A stretch of DNA of 50,973 nt from Salinimicrobium sp. (lineage in GTDB: Bacteria; Bacteroidota; Bacteroidia; Flavobacteriales; Flavobacteriaceae). Where the stretch lies: assembly GCA_024635665.1 (NCBI GenBank), contig JAGXIM010000058.1, positions 1 to 50,973 of the forward strand. Reading direction: 5' to 3'. The notes beneath the pieces are model-generated. The model was given only the letters and a program-made list of their open reading frames with translations, had not been told where the DNA came from and did not search any database. This document shows, one piece after another, positions 9,483 to 18,704 of this stretch (the first letter of the stretch is position 1; every line of letters starts with the position of its first letter). The position numbers and the translations under genes are program-made.

Positions 9483-10077
9483 AATTATTGTTTTTAGATT
9501 GATTGATATCTTTAATTTTGTTTTTCAATTTAAACAGTAGCTCCAGCCTTAACTGCAGGTTTGAAATCATCGCTTCCAGGCTGCTCTCGTTGAGCCCGGA
9601 TTCACTAATCTCTGCATTCAATTTCTTGTATTCTTTGTCGAGCCCGGCCAGTTGTGTCATAAAGGAGTCGACCAAAGCCCTGTTTTCATCATTCACTTCC
9701 AACTTGGCCAGTTCAATATTCAGGCTGGCGAGGTAGTAGTTCTCGATTTTTTTGAATTCAGGCGAAACATCACTTAGCTGATATTCTTTTGCCACCGGGA
9801 TTTCTTCTTCAGGTTCTTCGGAAGGAGCCGTTTCCACGACCTGTTCCCCGGTAAAAAGATCATCGGGCGACAAAAAGAAAAATCCAATTCCCAAAGCCAC
9901 CACCAAAACAGCAGCTATTTTAAGGAACAAAAACCTGTTCTTGTTTTTATTTTCCTGTTCCTCTGTTGGAAAAGCCTTGTCCAGCTTGTCTTCAAACCTT
10001 TTTTGATGGCCTTTTTCCAACTTGCCTTCAGGTAGACTTTTATCCTCCCGAAACATTTTTCTAATATCCTGTGCCAT
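9463..10077 (-). CDS. Putative anti-sigma factor
   Basis: GHQKRFEDKL N-terminal motif, one TM helix (KIAAVLVVALGIGFFF), periplasmic helical domain; overlaps the sigma gene stop. Confidence 0.75.
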   Translation of the reverse strand: MAQDIRKMFREDKSLPEGKLEKGHQKRFEDKLDKAFPTEEQENKNKNRFLFLKIAAVLVVALGIGFFFLSPDDLFTGEQVVETAPSEEPEEEIPVAKEYQLSDVSPEFKKIENYYLASLNIELAKLEVNDENRALVDSFMTQLAGLDKEYKKLNAEISESGLNESSLEAMISNLQLRLELLFKLKNKIKDINQSKNNNYENHQA

Positions 10078-10606
10078 GACGTAAATCTTTAAGTTTTTCC
10101 TGTAGTTTTTTCTTTGCCCTGTGTACCAGCGTTCTTGATGCCACGTTACTGATGTTTAATATTTCTGAAATTTCTTCGTGATCGTAGCCTTCCAGTAAGT
10201 ACAACATCAGCGGATATCTGTATTTTTCGGGTAGTTGTTCCATCTTCTGTTTCACTTCCTCCAGTCCTATCCCGTCATCTACGCTCCAATTATCTTCTTC
10301 CTCCACGGTTCCCAATGTGCGTTCATTAATGGCTACGAATTCCATTTTTTTCGCCTTCAGTTTGTCCAGGCAGTTGTTGACTACTATCCGCTTCAGCCAG
10401 GCCCCAAAAGTCACCTCCCCTGTAAACTGATGCAGTTTTTCAAAAGCCTTGATAAAAGCTTCCTGCATGGCATCTTCAGCCTCAAATGAATCCCTAATGA
10501 ACCTTTTGGCAACATAGTACATGCCTTCGCAGTACTTGTTGTAGAGCTCCAGTTGCGCCTTCCGGTCGTTCTGCCTGCAAGCTTCTATTAATTGATGTTG
10601 TATCAA
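10061..10606 (-). CDS. ECF RNA polymerase sigma factor
   Basis: AEDAMQEAFIKAF and FGAWLKRI (region 2); LPEKYR...EGYDHEEISEIL (region 4); TTG start. Confidence 0.95.
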   Translation of the reverse strand: MIQHQLIEACRQNDRKAQLELYNKYCEGMYYVAKRFIRDSFEAEDAMQEAFIKAFEKLHQFTGEVTFGAWLKRIVVNNCLDKLKAKKMEFVAINERTLGTVEEEDNWSVDDGIGLEEVKQKMEQLPEKYRYPLMLYLLEGYDHEEISEILNISNVASRTLVHRAKKKLQEKLKDLRHGTGY

Positions 10607-10636
10607 AATAACTCCGGTTTGGTTAGTGTACTATAA

Positions 10637-10663
10637 AGACGATATCTTTTCTTAGGCGTTGCA
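10637..10663 (-). promoter_or_regulatory. ECF-type autoregulatory promoter
   Basis: Minus strand TGCAAC-N16-CGTCT, 30 bp upstream of the sigma start; matches the ECF AAC/CGT pattern. Confidence 0.7.
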
Positions 10664-10770
10664 AAAAATTTTAGAACTTTTTTAAAAAATTCCGGTTTTT
10701 CATAAAAGTAGGACATTTTAAAAATTCAAAAATGAATCGCAGCACAGTCTGTCCTTTATTTTTATCCATG

Positions 10771-10800
10771 AAAAAAGGGCATCTTTAAAAATGCCCTTTT
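10771..10800 (-). terminator. ohr terminator
   Basis: aaaagggcat...atgccctttt inverted repeat with an A6 flank. Confidence 0.75.
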
Positions 10801-10826
10801 CTGCTCAAAAAAATATTGATTAAATT

Positions 10827-11267
10827 CTATTCCTCTTCCTGGTCTTCATCCAACATCAGGTTTAGAGTAACATCAATGTTGTCCCGTGTAGCGCGGGAGT
10901 AAGGGCAAATTTCGTGGGCTTCGTTGACCAGCATTTCCCCGGTCTCGACATCTACGCCGGGAATGTAGGAATCCAGGATCACCGAAAGTTCCAGGTCGCC
11001 TTCTTCGGTTTTTCCAATTTCCACTGAAGCAGAAACGTTGAAATCGCCCAGGTCGATCTTGTGTTTTTTGGCCACTACCTGCAAAGCGCTGCCGTAGCAG
11101 GCAGAATAGCCGGCAGCAAAAAGTTGTTCTGGATTCGTATGGTTCCCGCCTTCCCCGCCAAGGGATTTTGGCATGCTCAATTCAAGGTCCAGGACGCCGT
11201 CGTCACTGGTCACATGACCTTCGCGACCGCCCGTAGTAGTAGCTGTTGCTGAATATAATGTCTTCAT
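10827..11267 (-). CDS. ohr: Organic hydroperoxide resistance protein
   Basis: GGREG, TNPEQLFAAGYSAC and AHEICPYSRATR motifs. Confidence 0.95.
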   Translation of the reverse strand: MKTLYSATATTTGGREGHVTSDDGVLDLELSMPKSLGGEGGNHTNPEQLFAAGYSACYGSALQVVAKKHKIDLGDFNVSASVEIGKTEEGDLELSVILDSYIPGVDVETGEMLVNEAHEICPYSRATRDNIDVTLNLMLDEDQEEE

Positions 11268-11340
11268 AATGATGTTTATTTTTAGTAATTTAGTTGTTCA
11301 ATATACAAATAAGATTTCCACCTAAAAACAATTTATCAAT

Positions 11341-12417
11341 TTGAAGGCAGAATCGGCTTTAAATGAATCTGAAGGCAACCAGCCTTCCTCCGGAATTAAT
11401 CCCAACCTCGCAGAGAAGATCAAAACTTCCCGCCGACGGGAGGTCGTAGTGGAAAATTTGTTCCAGCGCCTCCTGCAAGGTGACAAACCGGCTCTAAGCC
11501 AGGGAATCACTCTTGTGGAGAACAATCATCCAAGACACCAGGAAAAAGCCGCCCAATTGGTCGAAAAATGCCTTCCGCACGCGAACCGGTCTATCCGGAT
11601 TGGGATCACCGGTGTGCCGGGAGTTGGAAAAAGTACATTTATAGAATCTTTTGGCAGTTATTTAGCAGACAAAGGCAAGAAAGTGGCCGTGCTCGCAGTA
11701 GATCCCACCAGTACGATTTCTGGCGGAAGTATCCTGGGGGATAAAACCAGGATGGAAACCCTTGTCAACCATAAAAATGCCTATATAAGACCATCAGCAT
11801 CGGGGGATTCCCTGGGCGGGGTGGCCAAAAAAACACGGGAAACCATCATTCTTTGTGAAGCGGCAGGATTTGATACGCTCCTGATAGAAACCGTAGGGGT
11901 TGGGCAAAGTGAAACCACGGTGCATAGCATGACCGATTTCTTTCTGCTGTTAAAACTGGCGGGGGCAGGCGATGAATTACAAGGTATCAAACGCGGGATC
12001 ATGGAAATGGCCGATGCCATAGTGATCAACAAAGCTGACGGGGACAACCGCAAACCGGCGAAAAGGGCGCAAGCAGAATTCCGCAGGGCATTGCACCTTT
12101 ACCCGGCCAAAGAAAGTAGATGGAGCCCAAAAGTGCTGCTTTGCAGCGCCTATTACAATGAAGGAATTGAGGAAATCTGGGAGCTCATCAGTGATTTTGA
12201 AAAAAAGCTGAAGGAAAACGGGCACTTCAGCAGAAAAAGACAGGAACAGAATAAATTCTGGCTGTTACAGACCATCAATGAACATCTTAAAAGCCGTTTC
12301 TATCAACACCCGGAAATGAAAAAGTTGCTTCCACAACAACTAACGGCACTTGAAAAAAATAAAACCACTCCGTTTGAAGCAGCAGCTTTCCTCCTTGAAA
12401 AATACAGGTCGCTATAG
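11341..12417 (+). CDS. meaB: Methylmalonyl-CoA mutase-associated GTPase MeaB
   Basis: GITGVPGVGKST, LAVDP, GSILGDKTRM, ETVGVGQSE and NKAD motifs. Confidence 0.95.
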   Translation: MKAESALNESEGNQPSSGINPNLAEKIKTSRRREVVVENLFQRLLQGDKPALSQGITLVENNHPRHQEKAAQLVEKCLPHANRSIRIGITGVPGVGKSTFIESFGSYLADKGKKVAVLAVDPTSTISGGSILGDKTRMETLVNHKNAYIRPSASGDSLGGVAKKTRETIILCEAAGFDTLLIETVGVGQSETTVHSMTDFFLLLKLAGAGDELQGIKRGIMEMADAIVINKADGDNRKPAKRAQAEFRRALHLYPAKESRWSPKVLLCSAYYNEGIEEIWELISDFEKKLKENGHFSRKRQEQNKFWLLQTINEHLKSRFYQHPEMKKLLPQQLTALEKNKTTPFEAAAFLLEKYRSL

Positions 12418-13353
12418 AAAATTTTCCCTGTACCAGTTGATTTGCAACTCCAAACCTTCTTTTAAAGAAGTTGTTGGACTATATCCCAACAGCTTTTTTG
12501 CTTTCTGAATATTTGCCAGTGTCCGAAACTGGTCTCCCGGCCGCCTTGGCACGACTTCCAGCTCCACCTTTTTGCCCAACAATTCCTCCACCAGCCAGAT
12601 TCCTTCCTGTGTTTTGTGTTCGTCTTCGGCACCCAAATTAATGATCTCCCCGTCCAATTCTGCATGTTGCACCACGGCTTTATAGACGCCCTCCACAATA
12701 TCGCCCACATAGGTAAAACTGCGCAAATGCTCCTCACTCCCTTCAAAAAGGGGAAATTTGGTTCCCTTTATAGCGCAGCCAATCAATTTTGTGTACAATT
12801 TCTCTGGCCGCTCCCGGGGTCCATATACCGAAAACAATCTTAAGGAAGAAGCTTTTAGTTTCTTGCCACGGCTTTCGGCCAGTACCAGTTGTTCTCCTGC
12901 CAGTTTAGAAACCCCATACCAGGAAGCGGGTTTTGGAGCAACGGTTTCTGGAAAAGTGGCTTCCAAACCGTAAACGGAGGAAGTGGAAATATTGAAAAAA
13001 TGTTTTAGGTTCTTATTTTTATGTGCAAACTCCAATAAATTCTGCGTAGCGATGACATTGTTGCTAAAATACTCCTCAAAAGTACTGGTGGAAGAAATCC
13101 CGGGCTGGGCGGCAAAATGCAGGATAAAATCAAAATCTGTAGGTAAATTATCGTAATCAGAAGTTTGCCTTAGATCCATTTTTTGAAGCGTGATCCCCTT
13201 TTGCTGAAGGCTTGCCGCATTCAATTCCTTCAGCGCGACCTCGTAATAATCTGAAAAATTGTCGATTCCTATTACCTGCAGGCCTCCTTTCTGTAGACGT
13301 TCAGCAGCATGTGATCCAATGAATCCTGCTGCTCCGGTAACAAGTGCTTTCAT
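12412..13353 (-). CDS. NAD-dependent sugar-nucleotide epimerase, UDP-glucuronate 4-epimerase-like
   Basis: TGAAGFIG, HFAAQPG, STSSVYG, YGVSK, VYGPRERP and RSFTYVGD motifs; start moved to MKALVTG at 13353. Confidence 0.8.
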   Translation of the reverse strand: MKALVTGAAGFIGSHAAERLQKGGLQVIGIDNFSDYYEVALKELNAASLQQKGITLQKMDLRQTSDYDNLPTDFDFILHFAAQPGISSTSTFEEYFSNNVIATQNLLEFAHKNKNLKHFFNISTSSVYGLEATFPETVAPKPASWYGVSKLAGEQLVLAESRGKKLKASSLRLFSVYGPRERPEKLYTKLIGCAIKGTKFPLFEGSEEHLRSFTYVGDIVEGVYKAVVQHAELDGEIINLGAEDEHKTQEGIWLVEELLGKKVELEVVPRRPGDQFRTLANIQKAKKLLGYSPTTSLKEGLELQINWYRENFL

Positions 13354-13488
13354 GTTGTTCTTTTTATGCCGAAGAAACTTCCGGGGAATTTGGCTGCAAA
13401 TTACCAAGGATTTATGAGAATAACAGATTTTTCAGAAACAAAGGAATTGTAACATATTTATATACATTTGTACTGCATAGAAAGCTTG

Positions 13489-14205
13489 ATGGAATACCAA
13501 TTTACGATTATCGTCCCCCTGTACAATGAAGAAGAAAATTTGCTGCGTGTAGAAAAGGAACTTTCTGCTTACCTCCAAAAAGCGCCTGTCAAATCCTGTG
13601 TGCTGTTCGTCGATGACGGGTCCGTGGACAAAAGTTTGGAATTAGTGAAAGATATTTCGGCTCGAAACAAGGCTTTTAAATATATTTCTTTTGACAAAAA
13701 CAGGGGCTTAAGTACTGCAATAAAGGCGGGATTTGATTTTTCGGAAACGCCACTCATTGGCTATATAGATTCCGATCTTCAAACAGATCCGGAAGATTTT
13801 GACCTTTTGCTCGAACATATTGAAGAATACGATTTGATCACCGGATGGCGTGCCGATAGAAAAGATTCTTTTAAAAAGAACCTTTCTTCGATAATCGCCA
13901 ATGGAATTCGGCGGACATTCACCCGGGATGGGATGGATGATACCGGATGTCCTTTAAAGGTTATAAAAGCAGATTACGCGAAGAGGATTCCCATGTTCAA
14001 AGGCCTGCACAGGTTTTTGCCCGCCATGATCCTGCTGCAGGAAGGAAAGATCAAACAGGTACCAATCAGGCATTATCCCCGCACTGCGGGGAAGGCTAAA
14101 TTTCATGTGCTCAACCGGCTCATAGGACCTTTTATTGATTGTTTTGCCTATTTGTGGATGAAGCATAACTACATTAATTATAAAATAGCCAGCAAAAATG
14201 AGTAG
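13489..14205 (+). CDS. GT2 polyprenol-phosphate glycosyltransferase (ArnC/RgtE-like)
   Basis: IVPLYNEEEN, VDDGSVD, IDSDLQTDP, DTGC and HRFLP motifs; start moved to ATG 13489. Confidence 0.9.
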   Translation: MEYQFTIIVPLYNEEENLLRVEKELSAYLQKAPVKSCVLFVDDGSVDKSLELVKDISARNKAFKYISFDKNRGLSTAIKAGFDFSETPLIGYIDSDLQTDPEDFDLLLEHIEEYDLITGWRADRKDSFKKNLSSIIANGIRRTFTRDGMDDTGCPLKVIKADYAKRIPMFKGLHRFLPAMILLQEGKIKQVPIRHYPRTAGKAKFHVLNRLIGPFIDCFAYLWMKHNYINYKIASKNE

Positions 14206-14821
14206 CTGGTGGGTCTATACCATTGGTTTCACGGCTCAAATCCTGTTCTCTGCACGATTGCTACTGCAATGGATCGCTTCCGAAAAGCAAAAAAAGGTTC
14301 TTACCCCCTCAAATTTTTGGAAAGTTTCACTGCTTGCTTCTTTTTTGCTGTTTGTTTACGGTTATCTTCGGAGCGATTTTTCAATTATGCTGGGGCAGGC
14401 GCTCACGTATTTTATCTATATCAGAAATCTGCAGCTACAGGGGGAATGGAGAAAAATGCCACGTGGAATGCGGCTTTTCTTATACTTTTTCCCGGTGATC
14501 CTTTTTATTTACTCTTATAACAACAACACATATGACGTTCAGAAATTGTTTTTCAACGAAAACATTCCGCTGTGGTTGTTGATATTGGGCTCTGAGGCGC
14601 AGGTAATCTTTACCTTCAGGTTTATTTACCAATGGATCTATTCCGAGAAGATAAAGAAATCTATTTTGCCCATCGGGTTCTGGCTTCTTAGCCTTATTGG
14701 TGCCTCCCTCATCCTTGTGTATGCGATCCTTCGGAAAGATCCAGTCCTTTTTGTGGGACATGCCATAGGAAGCATTATTTACATTCGCAACATAATTTTA
14801 AGCAGAAGAGAGTATGCCTGA
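14198..14821 (+). CDS. Lipid A biosynthesis N-terminal (LAB_N) domain membrane protein, two repeats
   Basis: Duplicated GxxAQxxFxxRxxxQWxxSEK...PxxFWxxSL...YIRN motif. Confidence 0.88.
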   Translation: MSSWWVYTIGFTAQILFSARLLLQWIASEKQKKVLTPSNFWKVSLLASFLLFVYGYLRSDFSIMLGQALTYFIYIRNLQLQGEWRKMPRGMRLFLYFFPVILFIYSYNNNTYDVQKLFFNENIPLWLLILGSEAQVIFTFRFIYQWIYSEKIKKSILPIGFWLLSLIGASLILVYAILRKDPVLFVGHAIGSIIYIRNIILSRREYA

Positions 14822-16436
14822 AAAGTCCCAAAAATACCTGCTCCTCCTAATGGGAGTGGGAATTCTGATATTCCTCGCCCACCTGGACGTGATTTACGTG
14901 AACATCATGGAAGCCCGGAATTTCATTACGGCCCGGGAAATGGCAACTGATAATAATTGGCTGCTCACTACCATGAATGCCGAGCCACGCTATGAAAAGC
15001 CTCCCCTGCCCACCTGGCTCACGGCCATAAGCGGGATGGTTTTTGGTTTTAAAAACCTGTTTGGGCTGCGGCTTCCCGCTGCCCTGGCCGCCCTCTTGCT
15101 GCTCTACTCTTTTTATAAATTTGGATTAAAGCTAAAAGCGGGTCAAAAACAGTCTTTTTTGGCTTCTTTGATCCTTACCAGTTCATTCTACATTATCTTC
15201 ATGGGGCGCAACGGCCAATGGGACATTTTCACCCATTCTTTCATGATGCTGGCGATCTATTTCTTGTGGAACGTCTTAAGCTCTTCAAAAAACTTGTGGA
15301 AAAATGCCCTTTTTGGAGCCTTATTCTTCGGGTTTTCTTTTATGAGTAAAGGTCCAATCTCTCTGTACGCACTCCTCTTGCCATTCGTGATCGCCTACGG
15401 AAGTATTTACGGCTTCAAAAATTTTCGTGAGAGGTGGAAGCCGGTTCTCCTTTTCGTTTTTCTAGGCCTGGTCATTGGAGGCTGGTGGTTTGTGTATGTC
15501 CGCCTGGCCGATCCTGTTTCTTTTTTGGAGATCACCAGCCGGGAGGCGCAAAACTGGACAAGTTATAACATAAGGCCGTTCTACTACTACTGGAGCTTTT
15601 TTACCCAAAGCGGAATTTGGACCATTCCGGCTTTTGTGGCCTTGCTCTATCCGTATTTGAAGAACAGGACCTCAAACAAAAAAGCTTATCAATTTTCCCT
15701 TTTTTGGACCCTCAGTGCGGTGGTCCTGCTTTCAATCATTCCTGAAAAAAAGTCACGTTACCTGTTGCCGGTACTAATTCCCATGGCTTTGAACACCAGC
15801 TTCTATATTGAATATCTCTTCAGGAAATTTCGGGATCTCCCGCTTAAAGAGAAATGGGTGGTTTATTTCAACCATGGCTTGATCGCCGCCATTGGCATCG
15901 CCTTTCCCGTAGTGGGATATTTCTTCCTGGAACTCGAAGGCTACTGGTTTTGGTACCTCGCCACCTCCATCGTCCTCTTCGGAATTGGAGTTGCGAAAAT
16001 CTACTACCTCAAAAATGGCAAATATCCACAGGTTTTTTATCTCACGGTGGCTTTCATCTGCGGAATTATAGTCTTTGGTTTTCCACTCTCAAATGCTTTT
16101 TTGGAAAACCCCGATTTTAAAAATTTCTCTGAACTTCGGGAAAAAACTGAAAAAACCGGACTTCCTGTCTATGAATTTAGTTCCACCATCCCAGAAATTA
16201 TATGGGAATACGGCAAACCAATTCCCGAACTGGATGAAGACAACCTTCAGCTGCCAACCGAAGATAAATTTGGTTTACTTGTGATGGAAAAAGACAGCAG
16301 TCTCATAAAAAACCTTGCGCCAGAGTATAAGATCCTTTCTTCAGAAAGATATGACCTCAACTACGTGCATCCGGAAAAATCGGGTTACAAAAACCGATTA
16401 ATCAGGAATTTTTACGTTCTGAAGAGGCAGGATTAG
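14814..16436 (+). CDS. ArnT-like (GT83/GT39, GT-C fold) lipid-donor glycosyltransferase
   Basis: EARNFITAREM, RYEKPPLPTW, MSKGP and KKSRYLLP motifs; many TM helices. Confidence 0.9.
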   Translation: MPEKSQKYLLLLMGVGILIFLAHLDVIYVNIMEARNFITAREMATDNNWLLTTMNAEPRYEKPPLPTWLTAISGMVFGFKNLFGLRLPAALAALLLLYSFYKFGLKLKAGQKQSFLASLILTSSFYIIFMGRNGQWDIFTHSFMMLAIYFLWNVLSSSKNLWKNALFGALFFGFSFMSKGPISLYALLLPFVIAYGSIYGFKNFRERWKPVLLFVFLGLVIGGWWFVYVRLADPVSFLEITSREAQNWTSYNIRPFYYYWSFFTQSGIWTIPAFVALLYPYLKNRTSNKKAYQFSLFWTLSAVVLLSIIPEKKSRYLLPVLIPMALNTSFYIEYLFRKFRDLPLKEKWVVYFNHGLIAAIGIAFPVVGYFFLELEGYWFWYLATSIVLFGIGVAKIYYLKNGKYPQVFYLTVAFICGIIVFGFPLSNAFLENPDFKNFSELREKTEKTGLPVYEFSSTIPEIIWEYGKPIPELDEDNLQLPTEDKFGLLVMEKDSSLIKNLAPEYKILSSERYDLNYVHPEKSGYKNRLIRNFYVLKRQD

Positions 16437-16995
16437 AAAAGTATTTCTTCACGAGGAACTGCTGCAATTTGTAAAACAGGAATCCGAGTATAATTCCGAT
16501 TAAAATACCGGTCAAAACGTCTCCGGGATAATGGACCCCAACGTAAATTCGGCTGTACGAAACCAGTGCTGCCCAGAAAATAAGCACCGGAAAAATATTT
16601 TTCCAATACGGTCGCAGGATAGATCCCAGATATACAGCAAGTGCCGAAGAACTGGCCGCATGAGCAGAAAAATAGCCAAATCGCCCACAGTAGTCGGCAA
16701 CAATACGCGTTGCTTCCATGACCCCTTCCTGGCGACAAGGCCGCCGGCGTTCAAAATAATCTTTAAAAACATTGGCCAATTGATCTGTGCAGGTAATCAC
16801 CAGCGCCACCAGGACCAAAGTCACCAGTGTCTTTTTCCATCCCAGCGCATCGTAGATGAAAAACAATAACAAGGCATAAAAAGGAATGGACGCCCATTTA
16901 TTGGTCACAAAATTCCAGAAATCATCCCAGGTGGGATTTCCCAGGTTATTCAAAAAAAGAAAAAGTTCACGATCTAATTCTGCCAGCTGCTCCAT
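16402..16995 (-). CDS. PAP2 family phosphatase (LpxE/LpxF-like candidate)
   Basis: KxxxxRxRP, SAHA and SRIYVGVHYPGD motifs; 3' end overlaps the ArnT-like gene by 35 bp. Confidence 0.9.
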   Translation of the reverse strand: MEQLAELDRELFLFLNNLGNPTWDDFWNFVTNKWASIPFYALLLFFIYDALGWKKTLVTLVLVALVITCTDQLANVFKDYFERRRPCRQEGVMEATRIVADYCGRFGYFSAHAASSSALAVYLGSILRPYWKNIFPVLIFWAALVSYSRIYVGVHYPGDVLTGILIGIILGFLFYKLQQFLVKKYFSNPASSERKNS

Positions 16996-17000
16996 AAGTA

Positions 17001-17228
17001 TTAATCTTCGTACCGGGAAACTTCCCTGTCATAGAAGTCAGAGGCTTGTTGGATAAGGCCTTCAGCTTCCGAAGCCAATTCTTTTTCATCGCTTGCATCA
17101 AAATCTTCAAGCCATTCCACCTCATCATTCTCGAGGTTCAGGATAAACCGGGGAAATTCGGTGTGGATAATGAAAATAGCTTCGGGATAATCGGTATTGT
17201 CACCGAGTAGGAATTTTGGAAAGTCCAT
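17001..17228 (-). CDS. Small acidic hypothetical protein
   Basis: 75 aa, tightly packed between the MATE and PAP2 genes; PKFLLGDN...IIHTEFPRFI. Confidence 0.75.
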   Translation of the reverse strand: MDFPKFLLGDNTDYPEAIFIIHTEFPRFILNLENDEVEWLEDFDASDEKELASEAEGLIQQASDFYDREVSRYED

Positions 17229-17254
17229 ATTGATAAACGTGTTGAATTTTTATT

Positions 17255-18625
17255 TTACGTGACTTCTGCAGATTTGCTTTCTGAAGCAAGCAGCAGTTTG
17301 TTGCTTAAATAATTGAAGCGAATATACAACATTACGGCCGAAGCCGTCAAGCCGGCGAGTAACCCAAACCATATACCCATGCTCCCGAATGCTGCTTCTT
17401 TTCCGAGGAAAAAGGAAACAGGAAAGCCTATGATCCAGTAGGCTATAAAAGAAATGATTGTGGGTATCTTCACATCCTGTAACCCTCGTAGCGCGCCAAG
17501 AATTACAACCTGTAAGCCGTCGCTCAACTGAAAAAGGGCTGCCACCACCAGGAGTTGGGCTGCCAAAAACAGAACTTCGGGATTATCAATATACCAGGTT
17601 GGCAACCAATCTTTAAACACGATAAAAAGCAGTGCAAACACAGCTTCTATGAGGAAGACGAGAAAAAAGGTCGAAAAGGCTATCCGTCTCAAATCCCGAA
17701 AATTCGCTTTGCCCTTCTGGTTCCCCACCCTAATAGTTGCCGTAACGCCCAGCCCCACTGCTACCATAAACGTCATGGAAGCCAGGTTGAGGGCGATTTG
17801 GTTGGCAGCCTGCGGAATTGTACCCAAAGTTCCCGCTAGAAAAACGGTAGCAGTAAAAATAGCCATTTCAAAAAGCATTTGCAGCGCACTGGGAAAGCCG
17901 AGCAAAAACAACCTCTTAAAAATGACAGTTTTGAGCAATTCTTTTCTTGACCAAATGAAATATTTCCTAAACTTTTTCTTCCGCCTAAGGATCTCCCACA
18001 CAAACCAGAGCATAAAAAACCTGGATATCAAGGTGCCAATAGCAGCGCCTTCCAGTTCCAACCTGGGAAAAATCCAGATCCCATAGATTAGCAAATAGTT
18101 GAACAGTACATTCACCAAATTGGCAACAATAGTGGCATACATGGCATATCTGGTTTCAGAAAGGCCGTCGGCAAATTGTTTGTAAGCCTGGAACAGCATT
18201 AACGGGATCAATGAGAAGGCGACGATCTCGAGATACGGGATCGCCAAGGCAACCACTTCGGGCGGTTGATCGAGATGGTACAAAATGGGTTTTGCCAGGA
18301 GCAGGAGAATAAAGAGGAAAATCCCGTTGATCCCGCACATGATGACGCCATGATGAAAATAGCTTTTCCCGGTTTCGATATCTCCGGCACCGTCAGCTTC
18401 AGCAATTAACGGCGTAATGGCAAAGGAAAATCCGATTCCCAGGGAGAGCGCAATGAAGACCAGGCTGTTCCCCAGCGAAACTGCTGCCAGGGGAGCTGCC
18501 CCCAAACGCCCTACCATAATGTTATCGGCAAGGCCAACTAACACATGCCCCAGCTGGCCTAACATTACCGGATAAGCAATGTTGAGGTTTCTGGAAAATT
18601 CTTTAGTGTAGGCAGTAAGTTGCAA
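17255..18625 (-). CDS. MATE family efflux transporter
   Basis: DNIMVGRLG and QLSDGLQ..GALRG motifs; about 12 TM helices. Confidence 0.95.
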   Translation of the reverse strand: MQLTAYTKEFSRNLNIAYPVMLGQLGHVLVGLADNIMVGRLGAAPLAAVSLGNSLVFIALSLGIGFSFAITPLIAEADGAGDIETGKSYFHHGVIMCGINGIFLFILLLLAKPILYHLDQPPEVVALAIPYLEIVAFSLIPLMLFQAYKQFADGLSETRYAMYATIVANLVNVLFNYLLIYGIWIFPRLELEGAAIGTLISRFFMLWFVWEILRRKKKFRKYFIWSRKELLKTVIFKRLFLLGFPSALQMLFEMAIFTATVFLAGTLGTIPQAANQIALNLASMTFMVAVGLGVTATIRVGNQKGKANFRDLRRIAFSTFFLVFLIEAVFALLFIVFKDWLPTWYIDNPEVLFLAAQLLVVAALFQLSDGLQVVILGALRGLQDVKIPTIISFIAYWIIGFPVSFFLGKEAAFGSMGIWFGLLAGLTASAVMLYIRFNYLSNKLLLASESKSAEVT

Positions 18626-18704
18626 CCTTTGGAGTTTTTAAGGCTGCAAAGATAGAAAGTTTCTTGGCTGGCGGTGCCTAAAGCCCGGAATCTTTCGCGA
18701 TTGG

